In this document: positions 54,252 to 63,910 of the stretch, piece by piece | Numbering within the stretch: position 1 is the stretch's first letter | Layout: each line of letters opens with the position of its first letter | Assembly: GCA_964429015.1 (NCBI GenBank) | Contig: CAYSAM010000003.1 | Coordinates: 6,378-70,377 of the forward strand | From: an uncultured Pseudomonadales bacterium | Lineage (GTDB): Bacteria; Patescibacteriota; Microgenomatia; UBA1400; MFAQ01 | DNA length: 64,000 nt | Direction: 5' to 3' | Program-made: the position numbers and the translations under genes | Notes under the pieces: model-generated | The model's input: the letters and a program-made list of their open reading frames with translations, nothing else | What the model was told of the DNA's origin: nothing | The model's database searches: none

Positions 54252-54349
54252 TTTTATATAACCCATAGTAATTTTTTACCCAGAATTGACATTACATGTA
54301 CCTATAGGATAGAATTAGCTCACTTTGAACCTTTAAAAAGGAGTTTATT

Positions 54350-55423
54350 TTGAAAAAAAATATTGCTTTTGTTGTTTTAACTTTATTTTGTGTAATTATT
54401 TTGAGTTCTTGCGGTTTCAAAGAAAAAACCGCTCTAAAAATTATTTCACCCACCGAAGGTGTGCGCCTCACAGGGGAAACACCGGCTACAAATGTCACAG
54501 CACTCATAGAAACAAACAGGACAGACATTTCTACTATTCCTGTGAAGGTTTTTATAAATGATACTGTCCAAGGTGACCAAATTTTAAACATAAACACCGA
54601 AACAACATTTCAAATTCCTTTGGTAAATACGGGTGTTTATCACTTACGTCTAGAGGTTGATCAATCAGATGGTAAAAAAATTACTGCCGAAACAAAGTTT
54701 GTTTGGATACCAGTTAGAGGTTTCGACGTTGCCGCACTGTCAATTGCTCAGATGGTAAACAGAGAGGATCCTACTACAGGATACTTTATCATTGGTGCTT
54801 TTGTACTTTTAGTTATGATCATCTTGGCACTAATAAAAAGTAAGCAAGGTGGTATGCCCACAGTAATTATTAGTATTTCGTCTTTTATAACACTTATTAT
54901 TCTCTTGACGGCTGGAGTTGATCCTGTTCTTGCTTACAGATACTTTAATACTGTAATTGGTACTGTGATGGGACTAGGGTTAGTTTCAATTTTTGCATAT
55001 GTAATTTCCAATTTTGCAAACAAAAACTATGCCTATCGCGGATCTAATACCGTTGTTGTAAGTGCCAAAGCTTGGTGGCCAACAGGCGAGCCTCTTGCCA
55101 ATATTGAGATGACTGCAAATGAGGGTAGTTATTTTGGAAATGCAAACAGCATCCCTCAAACTCAAATTACCGCCATTGCTAGTACTTTATTTGTGTTACC
55201 AAAAATTATTGAACAAGCCGCCAGACTTATGGAGGAGTGTCCAAACCCAGCAGCAAGATCTCAGGTTATAGATGCACTCTACACAGGTCAAGATAATAGT
55301 GACATGCACTACTTTACAGACCAAATGGCAGCTGGATATATGCTCCCAGACGGGACTCGCCCAAACAACTCTATCGTCACAATCCAAGGATCTAAATCTT
55401 CAAAAAAAACAAATTGGAGGTAA
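54350..55423 (+). CDS. hypothetical membrane lipoprotein (TTG start, lipobox LSSC)
   Basis: SD AAGGAG 7 nt before the TTG; later TM helices. Confidence 0.55.
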   Translation: MKKNIAFVVLTLFCVIILSSCGFKEKTALKIISPTEGVRLTGETPATNVTALIETNRTDISTIPVKVFINDTVQGDQILNINTETTFQIPLVNTGVYHLRLEVDQSDGKKITAETKFVWIPVRGFDVAALSIAQMVNREDPTTGYFIIGAFVLLVMIILALIKSKQGGMPTVIISISSFITLIILLTAGVDPVLAYRYFNTVIGTVMGLGLVSIFAYVISNFANKNYAYRGSNTVVVSAKAWWPTGEPLANIEMTANEGSYFGNANSIPQTQITAIASTLFVLPKIIEQAARLMEECPNPAARSQVIDALYTGQDNSDMHYFTDQMAAGYMLPDGTRPNNSIVTIQGSKSSKKTNWR

Positions 55424-55424
55424 T

Positions 55425-56282
55425 ATGCCGAATATAGTGACAGATACAAAAGATCTTTATAGACAGCTTTTTCCTTATCAGTTAGCAACTGATTTCATCG
55501 GCGACGCTCACAGGGCACTTAGTTTTGTCACCGCTCCAACACACCAAGGCGAAGAACTTTATCAAGTGTTAAAAACTCTTAAAAAGCGCCTCGAATATGT
55601 TATTGAATTTGCATACAGTCCCAGACGAAGACCATATGAAGATGCAATAGAAAATGCTCAAGAAGAAATTGAAATTCTTGCTCGTGCAATCCATCACTAC
55701 GATTTAGCCTTTAAGGGTTATCCAAATGCTCTAAATCTAGACTTTTTAAGTTGGCAAAAGAACAGTTTAGGTTTTCCAGCATTTATGGTTATGGATATGT
55801 CAGTTGGGCCAAAGTTCAGCATTGTTGCTAAAGTCGATAAAACAAAACGCCCACCAACCACCACGCTCACTATCACTCCCAAACTCCCTGTGGAGGTGAC
55901 TGCTCCATACAACGCATTTAAAAACCTATTTGTCTCAAAGGCGGAATCAAATAGCATATCAACTTGCACCATTGCAGCCAAATTTGGTGGCAGTCCACCA
56001 AAATCTACAGATAAAAAAATCGATACGGCTGATAACTCAAAATTATTCAAACAGTTTATTATCATTGCCGAAGCACCAAACTGGGAGTTTGATGTTATTG
56101 TAGAGGTCAAAAAAGACCCTATTGTTGCTGCTCTATCTCCCGTATTTCATCCGGTAAAAAAAGATGACTATGGAAACCCGGTATCTATTGGGAATCACAT
56201 CACTTTTATTGATATTTTTAACCTCACCCACATCGAAGAACGAGCTCTTCAGTCATCACTGATTAGTCCGGGTAGCAAATAG
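55425..56282 (+). CDS. hypothetical protein (285 aa)
   Basis: SD GGAGG 6 nt before the ATG at 55425. The long 55272 start overlaps the upstream gene. Confidence 0.55.
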   Translation: MPNIVTDTKDLYRQLFPYQLATDFIGDAHRALSFVTAPTHQGEELYQVLKTLKKRLEYVIEFAYSPRRRPYEDAIENAQEEIEILARAIHHYDLAFKGYPNALNLDFLSWQKNSLGFPAFMVMDMSVGPKFSIVAKVDKTKRPPTTTLTITPKLPVEVTAPYNAFKNLFVSKAESNSISTCTIAAKFGGSPPKSTDKKIDTADNSKLFKQFIIIAEAPNWEFDVIVEVKKDPIVAALSPVFHPVKKDDYGNPVSIGNHITFIDIFNLTHIEERALQSSLISPGSK

Positions 56283-56291
56283 TCTCCCACA

Positions 56292-56319
56292 AGCCCACTC
56301 AATGTAGTGGGCTTTTTTG
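56292..56319 (+). terminator. rho-independent terminator (overlaps the last codons of the convergent nadE)
   Basis: AGCCCACT-CAATGT-AGTGGGCT followed by TTTTTT. Confidence 0.8.
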
Positions 56320-58155
56320 TGACAAAAACTCTTTACTAAAGTAAACTCCATTTTGTGACTCCCGTAAGTCAAATCCAAAAGCTCTTCTACTTACAGCAAT
56401 TATTGGTGGTGCCTGAATTCTTTTAAAAATATTCACTTTATATAGTTTCCATTTTTGTTCCAAATCTTCTATAAAACTTTCTCTAGAATCAAAATAACTA
56501 TCAATTGAGATTTTTAATCCAAAATCTTTTGTTAGGGTTCCAGTATCGTATTTTTGTAATATAGTTTGGGGATCCAGTCTCCACTCAACAAAAGCCTTTA
56601 TCAATTTATCGTGATATGGATAGTTTATAGGGTCGCCTTTGCCGATAGTTACATCTTGCTCACTGCTAAGCTCTGCCGAAGGTACTACTTTAATAATTTC
56701 CAAAGGAATTACTATTCTTCCTGCTTTACTATTTATATACTCAGCCATCTCGTAAATTTGTCCTTTATACAAATCAGCAATTGGGGCAAATGCTCCGCTT
56801 ACATCTCCATATAGAGTGCAGTAACCAAGTGCTGTTTCTGTTTTATTTCCATTGTTCACAAATACTCCACCTGCACAAGCTGAAATCGCAGCCAAAATTC
56901 TAGCACTTCTATCTCTTGCTTGTATGTTTTCAGTTACCACACTGGTTACTTCTAAGCCAGCCTCTTTTAATTGCTCAATAGTCATATCAACAGATTTCTG
57001 AATCGGAACCACCTTGTAATCAATATTAAGGTTTGCTGCCAGTTGTGCCGCCGCTGTTTTTGTTAGCTCAGAGTTAAAAACTGAAGGCATGTTCACCCCC
57101 AAAATATTTTCCGATCCAAGTGCCTCCACTAGAAGTGCGGCAACCACGGCAGAATCAATACCGCCACTAAGCCCAATTACTACTTTTTTACTCGGCAAAG
57201 AATTAAAAAATCTCGTAATTCCAAAAACTAGCCCTGTGTAAAGTTCTGCTAAATCACTCTCTTCTAATGTAGTCCTTTCGTTCTCACTGTTGCGATAGTT
57301 CGTCAAAGAAATATCATTATCAACATCTATTTCTGCACTTATTATTTCCTCCTTATATTTCCCAGCCTGTTTAACAACATTTCCTGCCTTGTCATACATG
57401 GTTGAACTACCGTCAAAAAGAAATATGTTTTTACCATTGTTTTGCGTACCTGTGTTGTTGCAGTACAAAAAAGGTACTTTGAGTGCCTCAATATGTTCCT
57501 TTATTACTCTGTGGCGCTTGTTATTTTTTTGTATGGTCCAGGGTGAGCAGGAGATATTAACCAAAATATTGGCTCCATTTTTTACCAATACTTTACTTGG
57601 GTCGACAGTATAGTCACTGCTCCACATGTCCTCGCATAGCATTAGCCCCAAACTTATTTTTTTGTCTTTTATTATCACTTCAAATGGTAAAAGTAAGTCT
57701 TCTATTTTTTTACTTTCTTCCAAGGCAAGTTTTTGTAAGGAAAAAAAGTGTCTTTCATCATCAAACTCCCGGTACTTAGGCATAAGAGTCTTGTAGCTTC
57801 TTCCCTCAAAAACACCATTGCTCACCCACTGCTTGTCTTGGGCAATAAACACACTGTTATATTTTCTCCATCTTCCATCTTCTCCTTTTTTGTTTTTGTC
57901 TACAAACACATTTCCCCACACTATAACCATTCCTTCAGATTTTTGCTTTATGATGTCGTTGGCTTTCATCAGCTCATCTACAAAAGATTCATTTTCCCAC
58001 TCATCACCCAGCAAGTATCCGCCCACCACCATTTCAGAAAAAACTAATATTTCTATACCCTCATTTTTTGCCTGGTCAATTTTGTCAATAATTTTCAAAA
58101 GGTTAGCTTTAGGGTTACCTGGTAGCACCTCAATTTGAGCTAGTGCAATTTTCAT
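56299..58155 (-). CDS. nadE: glutamine-dependent NAD+ synthetase (CN-hydrolase plus NAD-synthase domains)
   Basis: N-terminal nitrilase-like MKIALAQIEVLPGNPKAN...; PP-loop ...VIGLSGGIDSAVVAAL... Confidence 0.88.
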   Translation of the reverse strand: MKIALAQIEVLPGNPKANLLKIIDKIDQAKNEGIEILVFSEMVVGGYLLGDEWENESFVDELMKANDIIKQKSEGMVIVWGNVFVDKNKKGEDGRWRKYNSVFIAQDKQWVSNGVFEGRSYKTLMPKYREFDDERHFFSLQKLALEESKKIEDLLLPFEVIIKDKKISLGLMLCEDMWSSDYTVDPSKVLVKNGANILVNISCSPWTIQKNNKRHRVIKEHIEALKVPFLYCNNTGTQNNGKNIFLFDGSSTMYDKAGNVVKQAGKYKEEIISAEIDVDNDISLTNYRNSENERTTLEESDLAELYTGLVFGITRFFNSLPSKKVVIGLSGGIDSAVVAALLVEALGSENILGVNMPSVFNSELTKTAAAQLAANLNIDYKVVPIQKSVDMTIEQLKEAGLEVTSVVTENIQARDRSARILAAISACAGGVFVNNGNKTETALGYCTLYGDVSGAFAPIADLYKGQIYEMAEYINSKAGRIVIPLEIIKVVPSAELSSEQDVTIGKGDPINYPYHDKLIKAFVEWRLDPQTILQKYDTGTLTKDFGLKISIDSYFDSRESFIEDLEQKWKLYKVNIFKRIQAPPIIAVSRRAFGFDLRESQNGVYFSKEFLSQKSPLH

Positions 58156-58670
58156 ATGTTTTTATAGCAGTTTATTATTAAATCCATTGCCTTTATATCT
58201 ACAAACTTCTCCAGGTTTTTATAATCTTTGTCCTCAATTAGTTTCCTTACTTCAGTAGCTGAACAAACATTTTTCATGTCGCATCTATTTATCAAGATTT
58301 CAGTTTCAAATTTTTCAGCCAGTATCTCCAGGTCTTGCTCCAAACCACCATAAAACTTAAATCTCTCTCCTCTAGACATGGCTAGTTCCTCAATGCTTTT
58401 TAGCCATTGTTCATTTGTGCTGCCGTCAAAATGCTCCAAGTTTGGCTTGCCGTCTGGTAGGGGCAAAATTTCAATATCAGGGAAAGAGGTGGCAATTATT
58501 TTCTTCCTATCCTCATATCCGTAGGGGGTTCTCTTACTAATGGCATTAGAGGATCCAACTAAAACAAGGACATTTTTTATGTCCACTTTATCGATAAGTG
58601 CAGAAAGTAGCTTCTTGTGTCCGTTGTGAAAGGGGGCAAATCTTCCCAGGTATACATGTTTTTCTCTCAT
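58152..58670 (-). CDS. nicotinamide/nicotinate mononucleotide adenylyltransferase (NadM/archaeal-type-like)
   Basis: HxGH motif YLGRFAPFHNGH; 4-nt overlap with nadE. Confidence 0.75.
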   Translation of the reverse strand: MREKHVYLGRFAPFHNGHKKLLSALIDKVDIKNVLVLVGSSNAISKRTPYGYEDRKKIIATSFPDIEILPLPDGKPNLEHFDGSTNEQWLKSIEELAMSRGERFKFYGGLEQDLEILAEKFETEILINRCDMKNVCSATEVRKLIEDKDYKNLEKFVDIKAMDLIINCYKNI

Positions 58671-58745
58671 AGTGTATATTGTACACTACAATTCAGCTAT
58701 TTTTCAAGCTTCTGTATATAATTACTGTATTACTAACAATCAAAT

Positions 58746-59276
58746 ATGAAAAAAAGAACAATCCTAGCCACAGCTGTTGGTCTTACCATCATAGCTACAT
58801 CTCCAGCGCACGCCGCACTCCAAGAGCGTATCCAGGTCCGTCAAGAGCGCATGGAAAACCGTCAGGAGCAAATTCAAGAAAACAGGGATGAAAGGGTCGA
58901 AAATAGGCAGCAACGCCGAAGCGATATCGCCGAAAACCACGCCCTAAGACTCGAAAAACGTTTTGGTAGCTACTACACCCGTTTAAGTGCCATAGTTACC
59001 AAAATCCAAGCCAGAATCGACGCCTCCACCACCAAAAACACCACAGAGGCACAATCAAAATTAAATGAAGCCAAAACCAAGCTAGAGCAAGCTAAGGTAA
59101 GCGCCGATAGTGCCATTGCTCAGTTTAAAGCCATAGACCCCACCAAGTGGGAAGAACAAAAGGAAAAAGCCAAGTTGGCCAGAGATGAAGCCAACAAAGC
59201 TCGTCAAGGTTTTATCGATACTCTAAAGCTCTTAAATGAGTCAGTAAAGTTACTAAAGTCAGCCCCAGTTAAATAA
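58746..59276 (+). CDS. secreted coiled-coil protein (signal peptide; Q/R/E-rich heptads)
   Basis: MKKRTILATAVGLTIIATSPAHAA... Confidence 0.5.
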   Translation: MKKRTILATAVGLTIIATSPAHAALQERIQVRQERMENRQEQIQENRDERVENRQQRRSDIAENHALRLEKRFGSYYTRLSAIVTKIQARIDASTTKNTTEAQSKLNEAKTKLEQAKVSADSAIAQFKAIDPTKWEEQKEKAKLARDEANKARQGFIDTLKLLNESVKLLKSAPVK

Positions 59277-59281
59277 AGAAT

Positions 59282-59530
59282 ATGAAAAATAATCTAAAAA
59301 AAGCTTCTCTTCTATTTCTTGGTGCCGTATTGTTATCTGCTTGCAGTCTCTCCCTTCCCAAAAAAGATACTGATATGGGAGCTGAAGATAATAACAAAAT
59401 TGAAAACGTAAGCCCATCTGTTACCGAAAGCCCAACACCTACTCTTACCAAAGATAATAGTTTGGAGAGCATCGAGTCAGATTTAAAGAATACTACAGTT
59501 CTGGAGGAAGACTTTACTAACATCAAGTAA
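59282..59530 (+). CDS. small lipoprotein (lipobox LSAC)
   Basis: 82 aa MKNNLKKASLLFLGAVLLSACS... Confidence 0.45.
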   Translation: MKNNLKKASLLFLGAVLLSACSLSLPKKDTDMGAEDNNKIENVSPSVTESPTPTLTKDNSLESIESDLKNTTVLEEDFTNIK

Positions 59531-59795
59531 ACTCTTTGCTTTTATAGCAAAAGGAGGTCATCATGGCCTCTTTTTGTTTTTTTGTCAGTTTTTTAATTTC
59601 CGCCTCTCGTCTCATTGCCGCGCTTCTGTTTACATGTTTTTCTGCAAACACTAGCTCAAAACTCTCAAACATTCTCAAGTACTTGGCGCCATATTTTCCC
59701 TTTGTATGCTCTTCAACTCTTCGCTCCAAATTATTTGTTTGACCTACATAAAGGGTTCCTTTGTTTGTTCTTAAAATATATACAAAATATGTCAT
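59523..59795 (-). CDS. stand-alone GIY-YIG nuclease-domain protein
   Basis: MTYFVYILRTNKGTLYVGQTNNLERRVEEH... Confidence 0.7.
   Translation of the reverse strand: MTYFVYILRTNKGTLYVGQTNNLERRVEEHTKGKYGAKYLRMFESFELVFAEKHVNRSAAMRREAEIKKLTKKQKEAMMTSFCYKSKEFT
59554..59584 (+). terminator. rho-independent terminator
   Basis: GAGGTC-ATCAT-GGCCTC followed by TTTTTGTTTTTTT. Confidence 0.7.
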
Positions 59796-59819
59796 GGGGA
59801 TCTATAATTTTTATGCTAC

Positions 59820-61592
59820 ATGAATCTTAATTTGCTCAGTGAACCTATTATAGTTTTACTTTCTTTAATTGTAAGTTTTATTCTCACTCTTCTAAACCAA
59901 GATCTCTTAAGTAATCTTCTTGCAATTACTGCTATTGTTTACGGTAGTAAATCTTTGGTTGTATCTACCTGGGAATCGCTCAAGTCCAAAAACTTGGCTC
60001 TAGATTATATTGCTATCCTTGCTATTCTTACTGGTTTATTTTCAGGTAATTTTTTGGTTGCCTTAGTTATAGTTCTTATGATGTCTGGTGGAAACACCCT
60101 AGAGCGTTTCGCCAAGTCAAAAGCTAGTACCTCTCTTAAAAATCTTATTTCCCGTCTTCCTAAAACAGTCGAGGTTTTGGAAGGAAATAAGCAGTTTTCC
60201 AAAGAAATTGATACTGTTGCCATTGGTAGTATTGTGTTGGTTCGCAAGGGTGAGGTGGTGCCCTTAGATGGTGTTTTATTGAGCGCCAGGGCTATGTTAG
60301 ACGAATCTAGTCTTACCGGTGAAAGTTTGCCCAATTTAAAAAGATCAGGAAACCTAGTCAAAAGTGGCACTGTAAATGTTGGTAACGTTCTTACTCTAAA
60401 AACTACCGTCACTAGCAAAAACTCTGTTTACTCACAAATTGTTCGCTTGGTAAAAGAAGCTCAATCGAGCAAGGCACCTCTTACACGTTTAGCAGACAGT
60501 CTTAGTGGTTGGTTTACTTTGTTTACATTACTTTTATGTTCTTTGGCTTACTATTTGTCCCCAGATATCAATCGTATCCTTGCTATTTTGGTCATTGCTA
60601 CTCCATGCCCGTTAATATTAGCTGCCCCTATTGCATTTATTGGTGGTATTAACTCCGCTGCCAAAAAAAGAATCATCATCAAAAATATTTCCGCTCTCGA
60701 GTCGTTGGCAAAAGTTAACGCCATGGTTTTCGACAAAACAGGCACACTAACTTTTGGCTATCCAGAGCTGCAGACTCTCACTGTTATTAGCCCTCACTTC
60801 ACCAAAAAGGAAATTCTGAAAATTGCTTCTGGCTTAGAAATCAATTCGCTTCATCCTTATGCTCGTAGTTTAGTAAACGAAAGCAAAAAACAACAAATAA
60901 TTCCCGCAAAATTTTTAAGCATTACAGAAGAGATAGGAAAAGGTATAAAAGGCATTTATAAAGGAAGTACTTTTTCCTTACTCAAAAATGCCACTGATCC
61001 TACTAAAATAATTCTTCTTCAAAAATCCAAAAAAATAGCCACTTTTTCGTTTGTCGACAAAATAAAACCAGAAACCATTTCTTCTCTAAAGCGCTTTAGC
61101 GAACAGAAAATTAAACTCCACATCTTTACGGGAGATACAAAAGAAAAAACCAAACAAATTACCGATAAGTTTTCTTTTCCAGTAGAGGTCCATGCCGATT
61201 GCACTCCCAAATCCAAACAGGCTGGTATTAAAGAAATTAAAGAAAATTATTCTGTTGCCATGGTGGGTGATGGTATCAACGACGCACCAGCCCTAGCTCT
61301 AGCCGATGTTGGCTTGGCATTCAGTCATCATCAGCAGACAGCCTCCACCGAGGCAGCTGACATCGTCTTGGTAGGTAGCAATTTTGATCAAGTCCTAGAT
61401 TCAGTCAAAATAGCCAAAAACACTCTCAAAATTGCCAAACAAAGTATGTATGCTGGTGTTATTCTCAGTCTTTTGGGAATGGTCTTTGCTTTTCTTGGTC
61501 TTCTCAACCCTCTTACTGGGTCGCTCACTCAAGAGATTATCGATGTTGCTGTAATTCTCAATGCTCTTCGAGCTATCCAAGCACCTCACTAA
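59820..61592 (+). CDS. cation-transporting P-type ATPase (P1B-like, CPx-type TM motif, no N-terminal metal-binding domain)
   Basis: DKTGTLT phosphorylation site; GDGINDAPALA hinge; TPCPL in the TM region. Confidence 0.85.
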   Translation: MNLNLLSEPIIVLLSLIVSFILTLLNQDLLSNLLAITAIVYGSKSLVVSTWESLKSKNLALDYIAILAILTGLFSGNFLVALVIVLMMSGGNTLERFAKSKASTSLKNLISRLPKTVEVLEGNKQFSKEIDTVAIGSIVLVRKGEVVPLDGVLLSARAMLDESSLTGESLPNLKRSGNLVKSGTVNVGNVLTLKTTVTSKNSVYSQIVRLVKEAQSSKAPLTRLADSLSGWFTLFTLLLCSLAYYLSPDINRILAILVIATPCPLILAAPIAFIGGINSAAKKRIIIKNISALESLAKVNAMVFDKTGTLTFGYPELQTLTVISPHFTKKEILKIASGLEINSLHPYARSLVNESKKQQIIPAKFLSITEEIGKGIKGIYKGSTFSLLKNATDPTKIILLQKSKKIATFSFVDKIKPETISSLKRFSEQKIKLHIFTGDTKEKTKQITDKFSFPVEVHADCTPKSKQAGIKEIKENYSVAMVGDGINDAPALALADVGLAFSHHQQTASTEAADIVLVGSNFDQVLDSVKIAKNTLKIAKQSMYAGVILSLLGMVFAFLGLLNPLTGSLTQEIIDVAVILNALRAIQAPH

Positions 61593-61698
61593 AACCAATC
61601 TACTGATACAAACAAGATTCTAAAGAATTAAGCACTTGCAATTATATAGTGTATATGTTACACTAATTTAGTCGTCGCTCTCTGACAAAAGGAGAAAA

Positions 61699-62001
61699 AT
61701 GGCTACCAAACCTATCACCCCAAAAGACGCAACTCTTCTCAAAGTTTCTACTATTCCAGACGCAGTCTTTGAAGCTTTTAATGAGTTAATCGCAGAAAAC
61801 TTCGATGGGCACTCTTCTTGTTTTACTGAGAAAAAAGTAGTTGCTCGCATCGTTAAAAAAGGCATAAGTTCAAAAACTGCTTACGATAATCACTGGCTCG
61901 ATGTAGAACCTCTCTACGAGAAAGCTGGCTGGAAGGTAGAATACGATAAACCAGGTTTCAACGAAAGCTATGACGCCACCTTTACTTTTACCAAAAAGTA
62001 A
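61699..62001 (+). CDS. hypothetical protein (100 aa)
   Basis: SD AAAGGAGA; terminator downstream. Confidence 0.5.
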   Translation: MATKPITPKDATLLKVSTIPDAVFEAFNELIAENFDGHSSCFTEKKVVARIVKKGISSKTAYDNHWLDVEPLYEKAGWKVEYDKPGFNESYDATFTFTKK

Positions 62002-62034
62002 CTCTCTTTTTTACTCTAAACTCAGACGGAGTTA

Positions 62035-62062
62035 ACTCTCCGTCTTTTATTAAATACAAACA
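62035..62062. terminator. rho-independent terminator (bidirectional)
   Basis: AGACGGAG-TTAACT-CTCCGTCT followed by TTTATT. Confidence 0.8.
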
Positions 62063-62066
62063 AATC

Positions 62067-62438
62067 CTAGTTCTTTCCGCTCTGTCGGTAGTGTTTTTTT
62101 ATTTCCCAGTACTTGTTACTGGCGCCCGATGATTTCATTAGTTTTGCTGGGTACTTCTTCTTGTTGTGTTTAATCTTTTCTCTGACTGCTTTTAGTGCGT
62201 CAAATTTAAGGATTACTGCCATATCAAAACAGTAAATCATTATGTCTGCTAGTTCTTTTTTTATTCCGTTCAATTTCTCATAATCATCAAGCAATTCTTG
62301 TATTTTTGGGTCGGACCATTGGAAATGCTCAAGTAGTTCGGCAGACTCAATTGATATAGACTTTGCTACGTTGGCAGGCTTAAGATTTAGCCAATTTCTC
62401 GCTTTTAGGTAGTTTCGGATAACCTTTTGTGTTCTCAT
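62067..62438 (-). CDS. MazG-like nucleotide pyrophosphohydrolase
   Basis: ...SAELLEHFQW...ELADIMIYCFDMA...KIKHNKKKYP... Confidence 0.75.
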   Translation of the reverse strand: MRTQKVIRNYLKARNWLNLKPANVAKSISIESAELLEHFQWSDPKIQELLDDYEKLNGIKKELADIMIYCFDMAVILKFDALKAVREKIKHNKKKYPAKLMKSSGASNKYWEIKKHYRQSGKN

Positions 62439-62441
62439 AAC

Positions 62442-62723
62442 TTACAAATTTAACATTGTAAACACTTTGTAAACTAACACTGCTGGCCAAAAGAACGCTT
62501 TACCTATCGCCCACAAAATCATTTCCAAGCCGTGTGCATTTTGTAAAAAGTAAAACAACGCACCCAACATACCTAGCCCATATATTGCACCAGATTCTCC
62601 TCCTTTATTATAATTTCTGTTTTTAATTATTATCTTTTCTCCCTTTGGTGTCACGAAAGACTTGTTTTTCATACCCTTATCATACTGCAATTCAAAGCAT
62701 CTATAATATAACCATGTCCTCAA
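62442..62723 (-). CDS. hypothetical small membrane protein
   Basis: ORF with hydrophobic C-terminal half; the start may be the internal MKNK. Confidence 0.35.
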   Translation of the reverse strand: MRTWLYYRCFELQYDKGMKNKSFVTPKGEKIIIKNRNYNKGGESGAIYGLGMLGALFYFLQNAHGLEMILWAIGKAFFWPAVLVYKVFTMLNL

Positions 62724-63127
62724 TAACTATCGAAGTTACAGTAAAGTCATCAGTAGAAAAAGTCTGGGAGTATTGGACAGAACCACAACATATTACAAAT
62801 TGGAATTATGCCAGCGATGATTGGTGTTGCCCCAAGGCAGTTAACAACTTAGTTGTTGGAGGTCGTTTTAGCTACACAATGGCAGCTGTAGATGGTACTA
62901 ACAGTTTTGATTTCTCAGGAGTTTATACTCAAATCGAAAGACTAAAGAAAATAAACTACAAACTTGATGATAATCGCCAAGTTCAAATAATTTTCGAAAA
63001 GAATTCAGAATCAACCACCAAAATTATTGAGAACTTCGAAATCGAATCAGAAAACAGTGAGAAGCTCCAAAGAGATGGTTGGCAAGCAATTTTAAACAAC
63101 TTTAAAAAGTACTCAGAAAGTCTATAG
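62714..63127 (+). CDS. SRPBCC / AHSA1-like (START-fold) protein, likely leaderless
   Basis: ...VEKVWEYWTEPQHITNWN...; TATAAT 5 nt before the ATG at 62714. Confidence 0.7.
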   Translation: MSSITIEVTVKSSVEKVWEYWTEPQHITNWNYASDDWCCPKAVNNLVVGGRFSYTMAAVDGTNSFDFSGVYTQIERLKKINYKLDDNRQVQIIFEKNSESTTKIIENFEIESENSEKLQRDGWQAILNNFKKYSESL

Positions 63128-63203
63128 GTAAATGCAAAACCTATCTTCGGTCAAACTCATAAGACAAGAACACTTCTCGTAAAAAGTATTAAAATATCTC
63201 TAT

Positions 63204-63470
63204 ATGAAAAAATCAAACGACATGTGCGAAAGTTGCCTCATGCCTTTCAAAAAAGATCCCAAAGGTGAAAACAGAGAACATAAAAATTTTTGCTCGTACT
63301 GCTATGCAGGCGGCAAGTTATGTTACCCAGGGGCAGACCTCAAAGAGTTCCAGCAAGCTATGATCAAAGCTATAACAGTTAGGGGAGAAAGCAAAATCAA
63401 AGCCCACATTTTCGCCTTTATGGCCAGCTTCGCCCCTCGCTGGCAAAAAGGCTACCAATATCCTAACTAA
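63204..63470 (+). CDS. zinc-ribbon domain protein (88 aa)
   Basis: CESC...CSYC Cys clusters. Confidence 0.5.
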   Translation: MKKSNDMCESCLMPFKKDPKGENREHKNFCSYCYAGGKLCYPGADLKEFQQAMIKAITVRGESKIKAHIFAFMASFAPRWQKGYQYPN

Positions 63471-63910
63471 TTCCACCCACTCACAGAAAAGGCAATTTTA
63501 TTTTGGTAGTTTTTAATAGCCTCCTTTATATAAGGTAGAGTATTTTCTGGTAAATTATCAATTGGATACCAGTCTAACGCATCACACTTATTTGGTTCTC
63601 CTATTACAATTTCTCCCTGCCACTTTGTAATTACAAAGAAAAAATCGATATACTCTTCATCTGGTGATTTGCGATGAATAACCGTAGCGGGAATCAAATC
63701 TTCTTCTCGTACTACAATTACAGCTTCTTCAAAAGCTTCTCTAATCATGGCCTCGTTTACAGACTCATTTCCGTCCAAATGACCAGCTATAAGGCTATAA
63801 AATCCATCCATCCAGCCAGTCTGAAATCTTCGCGATAACAATATCTTGTTGTCCACAATTGGCATTAAGTAAACTGCTGACTTTGGTCTGAATCTTTCTC
63901 CACTTCCCAT
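63467..63910 (-). CDS. NUDIX hydrolase
   Basis: Nudix box GHLDGNESVNEAMIREAFEEAVI. Confidence 0.85.
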   Translation of the reverse strand: MGSGERFRPKSAVYLMPIVDNKILLSRRFQTGWMDGFYSLIAGHLDGNESVNEAMIREAFEEAVIVVREEDLIPATVIHRKSPDEEYIDFFFVITKWQGEIVIGEPNKCDALDWYPIDNLPENTLPYIKEAIKNYQNKIAFSVSGWN

